IMG/VR virus record: IMGVR_UViG_3300045988_116681
Location: 48,632-112,631 of that record
Origin: a virus
Length of the DNA: 64,000 nucleotides
Reading direction: 5' to 3' (one strand)
Below, piece after piece: positions 9,082-19,100 of this stretch. The notes beneath the pieces were generated by a model. That model made no database searches. It was given only the letters and a program-made list of their open reading frames with translations, and was not told where the DNA came from. How positions within the stretch are numbered: position 1 is the first letter of the stretch; every line of letters starts with the position of its first letter. The position numbers and the translations under genes are program-made.

Positions 9082-9854
9082 TTAATCATTATTATATTTT
9101 CCTCTCCACCTAAACAACTTCTCTGTTTTCTTAGGCTGATTATTCTTATTATAGTCAAGCGTTCTTCTCAATTCCTTTTCCCAGACAACTTCAAAATCGT
9201 CTGGCGCTTCTTGCTCGGAAATAAATACAATACATCTCTTAGAAAGTTCACGCATATATTCCCAAAATTCTTCGTGGTTAAAATCGCCAGTTGTATAACC
9301 AGTGGTTTTAGCATAAGGCGGGTCACAATATACAACCGCTCCATCTGGAATATCGACTTCACGATAATCAAGACAAGTAAAGTTGGCGTTTTGCACACCT
9401 TGTAAGTCACGAAGTAAGCTACGTTCCGCTCGGGCACAATAATTGTCACCTCGTTTATTACTTGCCAATCCACCAAACCACTTACCACCAAACGAACAGC
9501 CAAAACCAACAAAACCAGCTAACGCCTTATTCTCGTCTTTGTGCTCTTTGACGTAATAGTATTCTTCTTTAGTGATAATAGAAGGTGGTGTCCAGCCAGA
9601 TTGTAAGCCTTTCCACATTTCAATCAAATATGGATGTTTGTCATTAAGAATTTTGGTTTCTGCTTTTACTTTCGCTTCAACTGCACAAGACCCACAAAAC
9701 AGACTTACGAATGTCTGCCCCCCCCAAGTTCAAGGTGTGGTTGATAACTTGTGCAATCTGAGTTGAGATACGAGATTTTCCGCCCATGTATTGCATTGTT
9801 AATTACCTCCGAAATTTGTTTAGAAATACGAGATTTACCGCCTAAGTAACGCAT
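9082..9854 (-). CDS. Dam-like (D12 class) N6-adenine DNA methyltransferase, out of frame at a G8 tract in this assembly (candidate phase-variable gene)
   Basis: The body 9082..9627 carries DPPY. Upstream there are two ATGs (9854 and 9796), each encoding M(R/Q)Y(L/M)GGKSRIS... Motif I (FVSLFCGSCAV) is reached only with G7/G10 from ATG2 or G9 from ATG1. With G8 both reading frames stop. Confidence 0.8.
9718..9725 (-). repeat. G8 homopolymer in the 5' coding region of the Dam-like methyltransferase
   Basis: Counted C8 on the plus strand. Flanks read AACTT-G8-CAGACA on the sense strand. Confidence 0.95.
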
Positions 9855-9885
9855 ATAATCATCCTTTCATGTTGATGATTATATC

Positions 9886-10605
9886 TTATCTCATTTTAGT
9901 CGCTTTGTCAATACGCTCTTTGGCGATTTCAAAATAATTTTCATCAAGTTCCATACCGATAAAATTACGATTTGTATTGGCGCAAGCTACGCCTGTACTG
10001 CCAGACCCCATACAGTTGTCGAGAACGGTCATTCCTTCATTGGTATAGGTCTTAATTAGCCATTCAAGTAGGGCTACTGGCTTCTGTGTAGGATGAACAC
10101 GACTTGCGTCACGATTGAAAGAAAGAATAGACAACGGATTTCTTTCGCCGTTCTTGCTTTCGCTCCATGCTTGTTTTCTATCACCATAATTATCTGATAG
10201 CGAACCGTTCTTTGTACGAGTATAAGGCGTACTATACCAGAATTGCTTATTATATACTGGCTTTTTCTTATAGAAGATTGCAATTTCTTCATGAGACTTT
10301 AGTGGTTTTACATTGGCGTTAAGAAAATCACAGCCACGATTTTTATTCCAGACAAGATTATAACGCCACATCTTTGTGTTAGACAGCATAAGATTAGCCA
10401 TAAACAAGCCATCACAGAATAGAGCAATTACGCCATTGTTGGTGATGATACGATTGTACTGTTCCCACAACTTATCAAATGGAACAATCGTATCCCACTT
10501 ATTTTTGGTCGAGCCATAAGGCAAATCACATAGAATCATATCCACCGACTGGGGGGGGATATGGGGCATAAGTTCAAGGCAATCGCCATTCTTAATATCA
10601 ATCAT
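9886..10605 (-). CDS. DNA methyltransferase (N6_N4_Mtase family, beta class)
   Basis: DLPY follows the N-terminal domain. The C-terminus has VLDNCMGSGSTGVA (FxGxG-like) and IGMELDENY. Confidence 0.85.
   Translation of the reverse strand: MIDIKNGDCLELMPHIPPQSVDMILCDLPYGSTKNKWDTIVPFDKLWEQYNRIITNNGVIALFCDGLFMANLMLSNTKMWRYNLVWNKNRGCDFLNANVKPLKSHEEIAIFYKKKPVYNKQFWYSTPYTRTKNGSLSDNYGDRKQAWSESKNGERNPLSILSFNRDASRVHPTQKPVALLEWLIKTYTNEGMTVLDNCMGSGSTGVACANTNRNFIGMELDENYFEIAKERIDKATKMR
10551..10558 (+). repeat. G8 (C8 on the coding strand) homopolymer in codons 15-18 of the methyltransferase
   Basis: The coding strand reads CAT ATC CCC CCC CAG. The gene is in frame (ON) as assembled. Confidence 0.95.
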
Positions 10606-10633
10606 TGTTTGTTCTCCTATTTAACTTAAATGT

Positions 10634-11155
10634 TTACTTCTTTTGAATTTCTTCAAAGACAATCTGCTTTGGTAGCATCTTATGGCATACATACACACTA
10701 CTGAAAGGTGGGTTAAGGCTGGGCTTCTGGTCTGCGTAGTCCTTGAAGTAAGCCACTCTGCGGTTAAGATACATGATTTCAAACTCATTGTTCTTAAACA
10801 TATCGAATCTTCGCTGAGATTCAAACAAGCCTACAACACCCACCAACATTGCGAACGGCTTGCCAATTTCAAACAGTCGTTCCAACACTTCTGTCTTGAC
10901 GCTATAAGGCGGATTGCTGATAATCATGTCGCACTGTGGTACTGGCGTTGTGAAAAAGTCCTGACCATTATCAATGTGCGTACAGATTACCTTGTTGCCC
11001 TGTGCTTTAAGCATTTTAACAAAGTGTGATTCTTCTGTGTCAAAAGGACACCATACTGTCAGTTGGGGGGGGGCGTAAACCAAGATAGGCTTGACCGCAT
11101 AGGGCGGTGTATAGAAGTTATCATTGCCAGAGCCAGCTACTTTATCCATTTTCAT
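10634..11155 (-). CDS. N6-adenine DNA methyltransferase (NPPY motif)
   Basis: Contains ISNPPYS and an N-terminal YTPP motif. ATG at 11155 follows GGAGAG. Confidence 0.75.
   Translation of the reverse strand: MKMDKVAGSGNDNFYTPPYAVKPILVYAPPQLTVWCPFDTEESHFVKMLKAQGNKVICTHIDNGQDFFTTPVPQCDMIISNPPYSVKTEVLERLFEIGKPFAMLVGVVGLFESQRRFDMFKNNEFEIMYLNRRVAYFKDYADQKPSLNPPFSSVYVCHKMLPKQIVFEEIQKK
11065..11073 (+). repeat. G9 (C9 on the coding strand) homopolymer in the 5' part of the NPPY methyltransferase
   Basis: The coding strand reads TAC GCC CCC CCC CAA. In frame as assembled. The plus-strand flanks GTCAGTT-G9-CGTAAAC resemble those of the tract at 25553. Confidence 0.95.
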
Positions 11156-11168
11156 GATTGCTCTCTCC

Positions 11169-11624
11169 TTACTTAATCTCAATAATTTTTTCTGCGTTCC
11201 CAATTATCATATCATTGGAAACGCTTTTAACATAAAAGAAATACTTCTTTACTCCGTCCCTTACTTTGTAGATGATAAAGATATAGTCTTGTCCAAGAAC
11301 AAATGGCTCATCGTCTGTGTATTGAATGGTTTGGCTAACAACTTGTTCGTCAATGATTTCAGCGTGAGCGTCTAACCACGCTGAATCAATTTCTTCTACG
11401 CAACAAGCGGGATAAGAAAAATTTTCTGTACCGTTATAATAAGTGGTATAGTAGTCAAATTTACCGTTATTGCTCTTCTTGGCTTCTACAATATGCCCCC
11501 AATCTCCACATCGAGGAAGGATACCGAAAATAAAATCAATGCCGTCTACAGTGTCTACGAGTCTTTCGTCAAATTCTTTAGCACTTTTCAGCGCTTCTTC
11601 CCAAGGCTTAATATAAACTTTCAT
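11169..11624 (-). CDS. hypothetical protein (tandem paralog 1)
   Basis: MKVYIKPWEEALKSAKEF..; a paralog of the next gene upstream. Confidence 0.6.
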   Translation of the reverse strand: MKVYIKPWEEALKSAKEFDERLVDTVDGIDFIFGILPRCGDWGHIVEAKKSNNGKFDYYTTYYNGTENFSYPACCVEEIDSAWLDAHAEIIDEQVVSQTIQYTDDEPFVLGQDYIFIIYKVRDGVKKYFFYVKSVSNDMIIGNAEKIIEIK

Positions 11625-11636
11625 AGCATTTTCTCC

Positions 11637-12095
11637 TTAGTTAATTTCTCTAAAATCTTCTACAGTTTCTTCGCAACCGTTATACGAAATACAATAAACA
11701 TAAAAGAAATAAGCGTGTCTTGCGTCCATAGCCTTGTAAATCGTGATGTGGTGGGTTTCGTAACTTTCAAAGTTATCGTCCCATGCATCTGTGGTGAATA
11801 CTTCTTCGCTAAACTTACTTGCGTGCTCTTCAAGCCAATTTGGTGTGATTTCTTCTACGCAACAAGCATCATAACTAAAACCTATATCTTTAGACCGAGA
11901 ATGCACTACGGTATAAGAAGTATGTTCATCATCACTGTTTTTCGTAACCGTGCAAATATATCCCCAATCGCCCATGCGGCGAGAAACGCCCAAAATTTCC
12001 GCACGGTCAGGAAAGAATTTTACAAACCCTTCATGCTTCTTGGCTTCTTTCAGTGCTTCAACCCACGGTTTGATGTATACTTTCATAGTTTCCAT
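11637..12095 (-). CDS. hypothetical protein (tandem paralog 2)
   Basis: ATG at 12095 follows AAGGAGG. METMKVYIKPWVEALKEAKKH.. parallels the 11169..11624 protein. Confidence 0.6.
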   Translation of the reverse strand: METMKVYIKPWVEALKEAKKHEGFVKFFPDRAEILGVSRRMGDWGYICTVTKNSDDEHTSYTVVHSRSKDIGFSYDACCVEEITPNWLEEHASKFSEEVFTTDAWDDNFESYETHHITIYKAMDARHAYFFYVYCISYNGCEETVEDFREIN

Positions 12096-12120
12096 AATAA
12101 AACCTCCTTGATTTGATACT

Positions 12121-12149
12121 ATTGTACCATTCTCAAGGAGGTCTGTCAA
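12121..12149 (-). promoter_or_regulatory. sigma-A-type promoter
   Basis: TTGACA-17-TACAAT on the minus strand. Confidence 0.7.
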
Positions 12150-12166
12150 GCATTTATTTTAAGTTT

Positions 12167-12523
12167 TTAGAGAGAATTATAGCCAGAATTTTGTTTAACT
12201 AAATCTTGGAGGCCTTCTGACAGCACTTTATACATCAACTCTGCGTCATCAGTTGTCCAATATTCATCACGAATCCTGTATTTAACTACACAATTTACGC
12301 CATAATTTGTTAGAGCATCTTTGAATAGCTTTGCTAATTCTCTACCATACACCACTGGTTCGCCCATAATGGTTTTCACGCCATCTTTAGGTACAGAAAC
12401 ATAGTATGTTCCAGACAGTGAAGCAGTATAGTTGCTGGGTTCTTGCTGTATATAAAGCCCCATTATATACGTTTTTACGATAGTGGAAATAAGTTCTAAA
12501 TCTTTTTGTTGCTTTTCGTTCAT
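12167..12523 (-). CDS. hypothetical protein
   Basis: 118-aa ORF behind GAAGGAGGG. Confidence 0.6.
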   Translation of the reverse strand: MNEKQQKDLELISTIVKTYIMGLYIQQEPSNYTASLSGTYYVSVPKDGVKTIMGEPVVYGRELAKLFKDALTNYGVNCVVKYRIRDEYWTTDDAELMYKVLSEGLQDLVKQNSGYNSL

Positions 12524-12526
12524 TGC

Positions 12527-14761
12527 TTAGCCCTCCTTCAGCATATCTTTCAGCCAAGTATCTCGTGTAGTTTCTTCTTGTACTTCTAACGCATCTCTCA
12601 ACACATCTACATTGCTAATAACAATTAACTTATCACGAGAACGTGTCATAGCTACATAGCATAAGTTGCGAGATAGTAGACGCTTATGTGCTTGGTCGGC
12701 AAGGAAAATTACCGCCTTTGCGCTCGACCCTTGGCTCTTATGTGTAGAAATACAATAGCCCAAAATCAAGTTTCTAAGGTCAGCACCTTCATATACACCG
12801 TAGCCATTCTCAAATTCAACAATAAGAGCATAACCCTTATCAGTTTCCATAACTTCGCGCACATAACCAATATCACCATTCATTACTTCGATAGGGAAAG
12901 AAGGGCTAAAAGAGCCTTCGTCATTCAACGCAACAGCAGTCATGCGATAATTGTTCTTGGTATTTAGTACCTTATCGCCCCACTTAAACTGAATCTTACC
13001 ACCCTTATTGTTATCTTCATATTCAACAGGCGTATAGTCTCTATCATTGAAATGCGTTTGGATAGCACGATTGATTGCCACTGAGCCAGCTTCACCCTTG
13101 TTAAACGGCGAAAGAATCATAATATCGTCCTTAGTATATCCTTCATCGAGCAAATGCTGATATTCTGTCATCACTTGCTTAATAGGATTTGAAATCGGCT
13201 CAAATTCATAATCGTCATACTTTTCTGCTATATGGTCAATATTACCGTTATGAGTATCAGTTGCAATCGTGATTAGACCGCTTGTAGAATAGCGAAAAAT
13301 CTTATTTAGACTTGCCACTGGCACAATTCCACTATTGATAACATCAACGATAAAATTGCCACATTGAATAGATGCTAACTGTGCAGGGTCGCATACAAAT
13401 ACAAGTTTGCATTTATAGCCGACCTTCTTGAGAAGTTGTGCCATAAGGTGTACGCTTACCATTGAACTCTCGTCCACAATAACAACACCACGATACTGCA
13501 TACATTGCCCTTCTTGCTCATCCATACTATGCTGTGCAAGAAAACGATGAATAGTAGAAGCCTTACGTCCTGTGCTATTAGCCAATACTTTACTTGCAAT
13601 ACCAGTAGGTGCTAATAACATATAGTCTACACACATATCTTCTAACATACGAACAAGCGCTTTGGTAGACGCTGACTTACCCGAACCACTATAACCACGA
13701 AGGACGCAAATATTCTGCTCCCAAGTATTATAAAGCACTTGCATCTGCTCATCGGTACACTTAAAGCCGTCAACTTCTCTGAACTTTTCAAAGTCTGGCT
13801 TGCTCATAGTGTATTCTGTTTCAAAGATATTACCTTGTAGTAGTCTATCCTTAATATGTTTTGCAATCGTTTCTTCGGCTTCATAAGTATCAATCAACGC
13901 CGAATAACCAGTAGTTTCATCGTGATGAATAAAACGGCAACCGTTTACTACTTCTGGAATGTACTCTTTGCACTCTGGAATCATTTCTTCTGCCATATAA
14001 CCGAGAACTTCTGCTTCAATGCGCGTATCGCCTTCAAGTTCGTTCTCATGTAGAATATTAACACAGCCATATTCACAGCGAAGTTTGCTGTTTTTTAGGT
14101 CAGGATAGCGCTTCAACACCTCTCTATCGCTCTTAGCAAACGACCAGTTAATAACATCGTGATAAATACGGTAAGGATTTTCTTCAAAGTCTTGCTGAAG
14201 CAGTTCTGGACTTGCGTATTTGTCCGAAAGTTTCTGTACATCTTTGTCTTGTGTGATACCCAATTCAGCGCAAACGGGGAAGAAAAGGATGGATTCAAGG
14301 TTCTTCTTAATTTTATCAATATACATTTCAACGCGAACCTTGCCTACGTTATAAATGTTATGATAATCAATATCTTCTTCTTCACCGCGCAACACCATCT
14401 GAACAAAGTGAGGATATGCTTCATGCACACGTTCGGCTTGAATATATTCCATCATCGTGCTAAGAATAGATATTTCTTTTTCTTCTTCGACTACAATCTC
14501 ATCTTTTTCCATCTTTAGACCCGGATAACCGACAAGAATATAACTTGCTGGACGTTTGGCGTTCTGATTAGGGCGAATAGTAATTTCAACTTCATCGCCT
14601 TCCTTAAAACCAAATAGATTGCTACCAGAGATAGAGAAACCACCCCACTTATCAAGTTCCATATTATAGTTTCCAATGGGTTTACAGCCCAAAATACGGA
14701 ACTCATCAAGATAATTGACGAATACTTGCTTTCTAATTTTGCATTTAACGTCTAATGCCAT
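12527..14761 (-). CDS. RecD-like SF1 DNA helicase
   Basis: GYSGSGKS (Walker A), VVIVDESSMV (Walker B) and ISTHKSQGS. ATG at 14761 follows GGAGGT, downstream of the promoter. Confidence 0.85.
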   Translation of the reverse strand: MALDVKCKIRKQVFVNYLDEFRILGCKPIGNYNMELDKWGGFSISGSNLFGFKEGDEVEITIRPNQNAKRPASYILVGYPGLKMEKDEIVVEEEKEISILSTMMEYIQAERVHEAYPHFVQMVLRGEEEDIDYHNIYNVGKVRVEMYIDKIKKNLESILFFPVCAELGITQDKDVQKLSDKYASPELLQQDFEENPYRIYHDVINWSFAKSDREVLKRYPDLKNSKLRCEYGCVNILHENELEGDTRIEAEVLGYMAEEMIPECKEYIPEVVNGCRFIHHDETTGYSALIDTYEAEETIAKHIKDRLLQGNIFETEYTMSKPDFEKFREVDGFKCTDEQMQVLYNTWEQNICVLRGYSGSGKSASTKALVRMLEDMCVDYMLLAPTGIASKVLANSTGRKASTIHRFLAQHSMDEQEGQCMQYRGVVIVDESSMVSVHLMAQLLKKVGYKCKLVFVCDPAQLASIQCGNFIVDVINSGIVPVASLNKIFRYSTSGLITIATDTHNGNIDHIAEKYDDYEFEPISNPIKQVMTEYQHLLDEGYTKDDIMILSPFNKGEAGSVAINRAIQTHFNDRDYTPVEYEDNNKGGKIQFKWGDKVLNTKNNYRMTAVALNDEGSFSPSFPIEVMNGDIGYVREVMETDKGYALIVEFENGYGVYEGADLRNLILGYCISTHKSQGSSAKAVIFLADQAHKRLLSRNLCYVAMTRSRDKLIVISNVDVLRDALEVQEETTRDTWLKDMLKEG

Positions 14762-14786
14762 AAGTAAGACCTCCGTTCTTGCGATT

Positions 14787-14815
14787 ATTGTACCACAGAA
14801 CGAAGGTCTTGTCAA
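14787..14815 (-). promoter_or_regulatory. sigma-A-type promoter
   Basis: TTGACA-17-TACAAT. Confidence 0.7.
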
Positions 14816-14830
14816 GCATTTTGTTTAATT

Positions 14831-15016
14831 TTATTCTTCTTCTCGTCTAAATTGTTCAATCCAATCAATGTAATTCTTCCAGCCACACCGAGGGCAATAA
14901 ACTACACGATAATCTATAAGAGAGAACCAGTTATCTTTAACCTTCCAATCAATCATATCATCATCGACTTCAAAGGTTTTATGACAACCTTGACAGTTTA
15001 CCTTTAGAATAGCCAT
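14831..15016 (-). CDS. hypothetical zinc-ribbon protein
   Basis: CQGC..CPRC in 61 aa. Confidence 0.5.
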   Translation of the reverse strand: MAILKVNCQGCHKTFEVDDDMIDWKVKDNWFSLIDYRVVYCPRCGWKNYIDWIEQFRREEE

Positions 15017-15018
15017 AA

Positions 15019-15342
15019 TTATACCTCTTGGTCTACAATCTCGACAATCTCTTGCAAAGCGTCTAAAGCAGTTTGAGATTGACGTACTCTCCCCAGTCCA
15101 GAAATACGCTGAACAATTTCCTTAATGTCCATAAGAGCACGTTGAGCCGATTCAAGGGTTGCTTCATAGGATTCAAGTTCATACTTGGTAGCGTCTAAAT
15201 CGTCTTGAACGTTAATAGGTTCTATGTAATTCTTGAGTTCTCTAAGAAAATCGCCACCCATATATTGATGGATATAATAGTAGCAATCTTCAAGGTCGTC
15301 AATAATTGCTTGACCACCATTCTTAATTGGCGTTACTGTCAT
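15019..15342 (-). CDS. hypothetical protein
   Basis: ATG at 15342 follows GGAGGTGA. Confidence 0.5.
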   Translation of the reverse strand: MTVTPIKNGGQAIIDDLEDCYYYIHQYMGGDFLRELKNYIEPINVQDDLDATKYELESYEATLESAQRALMDIKEIVQRISGLGRVRQSQTALDALQEIVEIVDQEV

Positions 15343-15527
15343 TCTTTCACCTCCGCTCTCCTGTTCCATGCTTCAATCACTTTTTCAACAGCCATAGTTT
15401 CGTAACATTCACTGTCTACCAAAATCTTTGAAGAAGCGCGACATTTAGTACAAAGCACTCTTACGCCGTCATCTACAAACAACCTCGCTTCTCCACCGCA
15501 GAAGGGACACGGTTTCAGTTCAGTCAT
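15339..15527 (-). CDS. Lar-family restriction alleviation protein
   Basis: MTELKPCPFCGGEARLF..VLCTKCRAS is the Lar-type zinc ribbon. ATG at 15527 follows GGAGGTGA. Confidence 0.7.
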   Translation of the reverse strand: MTELKPCPFCGGEARLFVDDGVRVLCTKCRASSKILVDSECYETMAVEKVIEAWNRRAEVKE

Positions 15528-15891
15528 TGTCTTCACCTCCGTCCATCTTCGCGCCGCATCGCCAGCAATAATAACCTTTAATTGCTGTATGTTTGTTTTC
15601 GTGTGCGCCACAATTAGAGCATTCAAAATATCTACACCCTTCAGGAACGGTTTTCTCAATCCACCGCCCATGTGCCACCGGAGCAACATCAGAAACATTT
15701 TGGCATTCCTCCAAACACTTCAAAGCCTTACGAATACCTCCACGCATCGCCATACCCTGTGTATATGGTTTTTCGCGCATAAGTTCATACGTTGCGGCAG
15801 GAACAGTCAGTGGAATGCTATTTCTGACTTCCAGTAACTTGTTCTTATATTCCTCGTAGTTAATCAATCTCAATATCCGCACCTCCGTCAT
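15520..15891 (-). CDS. hypothetical zinc-finger protein
   Basis: C-terminal CSNCG..CWRCG. The start is uncertain: ATG 15891 or TTG 15873. Confidence 0.45.
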   Translation of the reverse strand: MTEVRILRLINYEEYKNKLLEVRNSIPLTVPAATYELMREKPYTQGMAMRGGIRKALKCLEECQNVSDVAPVAHGRWIEKTVPEGCRYFECSNCGAHENKHTAIKGYYCWRCGAKMDGGEDND

Positions 15892-16147
15892 TTCTGTCAC
15901 CAGCGTCACAAAAACCATCTTGCTTCTTCATCTGCATACTTACAGAACAAAGTATAGCACCTGATGGGTTAATATATGCGTACTTGCAATCCTTGCATCG
16001 TATTACAGGTGTAACATCAGCGGTAGGAATTTTCTTCAACGCTCTCGCTGATTTCCATATAGCTTCATAAGCCGAGCGTGTCGGGGCTTTCCCTGCAAGG
16101 TCGGTTATAGTATCAAACGCAACTGCACGCTCAATGTATTCAGGCAT
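15860..16147 (-). CDS. hypothetical protein
   Basis: 95-aa ORF behind an AGGAGGAA SD. Confidence 0.5.
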   Translation of the reverse strand: MPEYIERAVAFDTITDLAGKAPTRSAYEAIWKSARALKKIPTADVTPVIRCKDCKYAYINPSGAILCSVSMQMKKQDGFCDAGDRNDGGADIEID

Positions 16148-16149
16148 AC

Positions 16150-19100
16150 TTATTCCTCCTTCGGCTCATAACCATATCTGTAACTTTGTAACTCCATTGT
16201 ACCATCATCTTCATTGATTGTCAAGATTTTTTGTAGCTTGTGTGGGAAGATACTATTCTTATAAGACTTAACGCGGAATGTATCTTCACTACGATAACCA
16301 GTAAGAACAAGACCTTGACCGCGAGTAAACCAGCTTGTGTCCATTACAGTTTTTGTGCCGTCTGCGTGTTGTTCGCTAATCTGTTGCTTGTAAAATGGAT
16401 AAGAGTGATTGTCGAAACGAGCTTGTACTACATTGTTATTAGAATCAAGCACAGTAATAGTTGAATGAGCGTCATTTCTTGCTATCACCGTACCCATAAT
16501 TCGACTAAGCTGATACTGTCGCCATTCACGCTTGCCGTACTTCTTAGTAACAAATACTGGTTCAGTAGGCAACTTATCAAACGTAGTAACATTGTATCTA
16601 TCAGCGTCAATGCAAGCCAATTCATGCTCATTAGAATAATAGGATAGTGCTTCAAAACTCCAATGATTGACGTTCATGTTAGGCAACTTATCACGCATAC
16701 GAGCCTTGATAGATTGTTCGTTATACATCTTTAGGAACTCTGGCTGGTTAATATAAGCCTTTAGTTCTTCAGTAACGTTCTTGAATAGTTTCTCAAGCGA
16801 CTTATCAACAACAAGCGTTCTGCCTTCCTCATCATACCACCAATCTACGTTCTCTTCAAGTTGACTACGGCACATTGAATCGAAGAAAACTAATGCTCGT
16901 TCGTCAAGCCAATAGATTTTCTTTGACTTGAACTTGGGGTGTGTGCCATAGAGGAATTGCTTTGAGCAAACGTATTTTTTGAAGGCGAGTGGCATGGTAA
17001 GGGTGTTGGGTAGCTTACAGCCAATGCGTTGTAATTCAGCCAAATTAGCAGTGGTAAGCGTTTGTTTGCGAGGTGTAGAAAGAGCGAAGTACGCTTGCAT
17101 GACGCGCATACGGTCAGGACAGAACTCATCAAAACAGCCAGCCTTGATTAGTTGGATAAACTTGGATGGTGTGATAAGTGTGCCTTGATATGAGTTGCGT
17201 GAATAGAAGTCGCGGAAAGAAGAGTAGGGGCGGTTAGTGATAATTTGTTGAGCAATTTCTGCGTTAATGGAAGAGATGCCACCTAAACCGAAAAGAATAG
17301 TGTTATTTGCTTCATCAACGCCAAAAGACATTTCTGCATGATTAGCTGGTGGTGGGGCAACGGAAATACCATTTTCTTTAGCCTTATATACAGAGCCAGC
17401 AATCTTACCGTAGTCCGTAGTATTAGCCACGTTATCACGTTCATCTTCTACGCCAGCTTGGGTAATTACGACAGCGGCGTTCCAATAAATCTTAGGGAAC
17501 TTGTAGTAAAGATTTAGTTCTTGCAGACATTCAGTGCTGTACTCGTTAGAGTGGCTAAAGTCGAAGGCGTAAGATTTGGACATTTCAATTTGTACTTTCC
17601 ATAGATAGTCAAGAAAAGCCTTAGTTCTACCACATTCTGCGCCCTTACGGTACAATCTTTCTTCGGTTTCTGCAAGTGCTTCGGCGTTTTTCTTTGCAAC
17701 CGCCTTCCTCGCCTTATCCGATTCCTTTAGATTGAAGTTGCACACACGCTCATCCATTAGCACGCTCATCATGGTACTTTGAGCAATCATAAGACCACAA
17801 TAGTTGCCAAGTAGTTCTTTAAGGATTTCTTGCTCTTCTTGTGGAATGCCATAATTGGTCATATCTTGATACCATTCATTGATATTCTTACGATAGCGAA
17901 CATACATATCCATAGGTTGTTCACCATCAGCAACAGCAAGACGCATTAGACCATTGGCAAGCGTAAGTTCGGTAAGATTCTGAGCGCCGATTTTACGCAA
18001 TGCTTCTTTACCCGCCTTAGAATCATACTGAAACGCAGAAGCCATAGTAGGTAACAAGTCCCACATTTCTTTTGTTGTCTTATCAAGTTTGTCGTAAGAC
18101 AAGTAATAATTGTAAGTATCTCTGAGCGAACCCTTATCTTCAATTTTACCGTTCTTTAATAGTAGTTCCATGCATGTTCTAATGGTTTGTAGACAGTCGA
18201 TAGACAACAGGTCGAACTTGAGGTCGCCCGCATATTCAGCGTCATGCAAGTTAAATTGACTGCATACAGCACCATTAGAAGATACCATGTAACTACCTGT
18301 TTCTGTGTAATCGCCTTGAAGCACGTTAAGTGCGCCAGCGTGAACGCCAGAAGAAACAATCATACCTTCAAAAGCAAGTGCAGTTTCAAGCAAGTCGCCA
18401 TACTTTTTTACTTCTGCGACAAATTCTGGCACGGGTGCTCTGCCCTTCTTTTCATTACCATACAAGCAATCTTTAAGAGAATAGATAGAGCCACGGACAG
18501 TAGGAATCAAAGACTTGATATATCCCACAGTATCAGAAGAGATACCCAGTCCAGTTGCGGCACGTTCAAGTGCTGTCTTTGCAGACAACCTGCCCCATGT
18601 TACGCATTGACAAGTTCTGCGCCAACCAAAATAGTCTTTAATAGCTTGAATAATTCGCTCTTTCTTAAAACTTTGAATATCAATATCACAATCGAAAATG
18701 CTTTCCGAACGAGCAATAGAACAGAAACGCCACCAAGGGTAAAATTCTTTCGTTTCTGGGAGCATAGGGTCAATACCAGTGATGTTCAATAACTTATTAG
18801 TAAGATAGCAACCAGCCGAACCACGACCAATGCCAACATAGCTATCGCCTTCAGTCCAAATAAGGTCTACTACCTTTTGCACAACAGTAAAATAATCTGC
18901 CATACATTCACCATCAAATGCTTCACCCAATCCTTTAACTTGCTCCATTTCAATGTTAATCTGAGCAAGATATTCTTCAATATTCACTGGATGAATATTA
19001 TTGTATTCGTATAGTCCTTTTTCTACTTGATAATAGTAGTACCGTTCATTAAGCGTACCTTCAGTAGCATAATATTTTACAAAAGGAAATTTATCATAAT

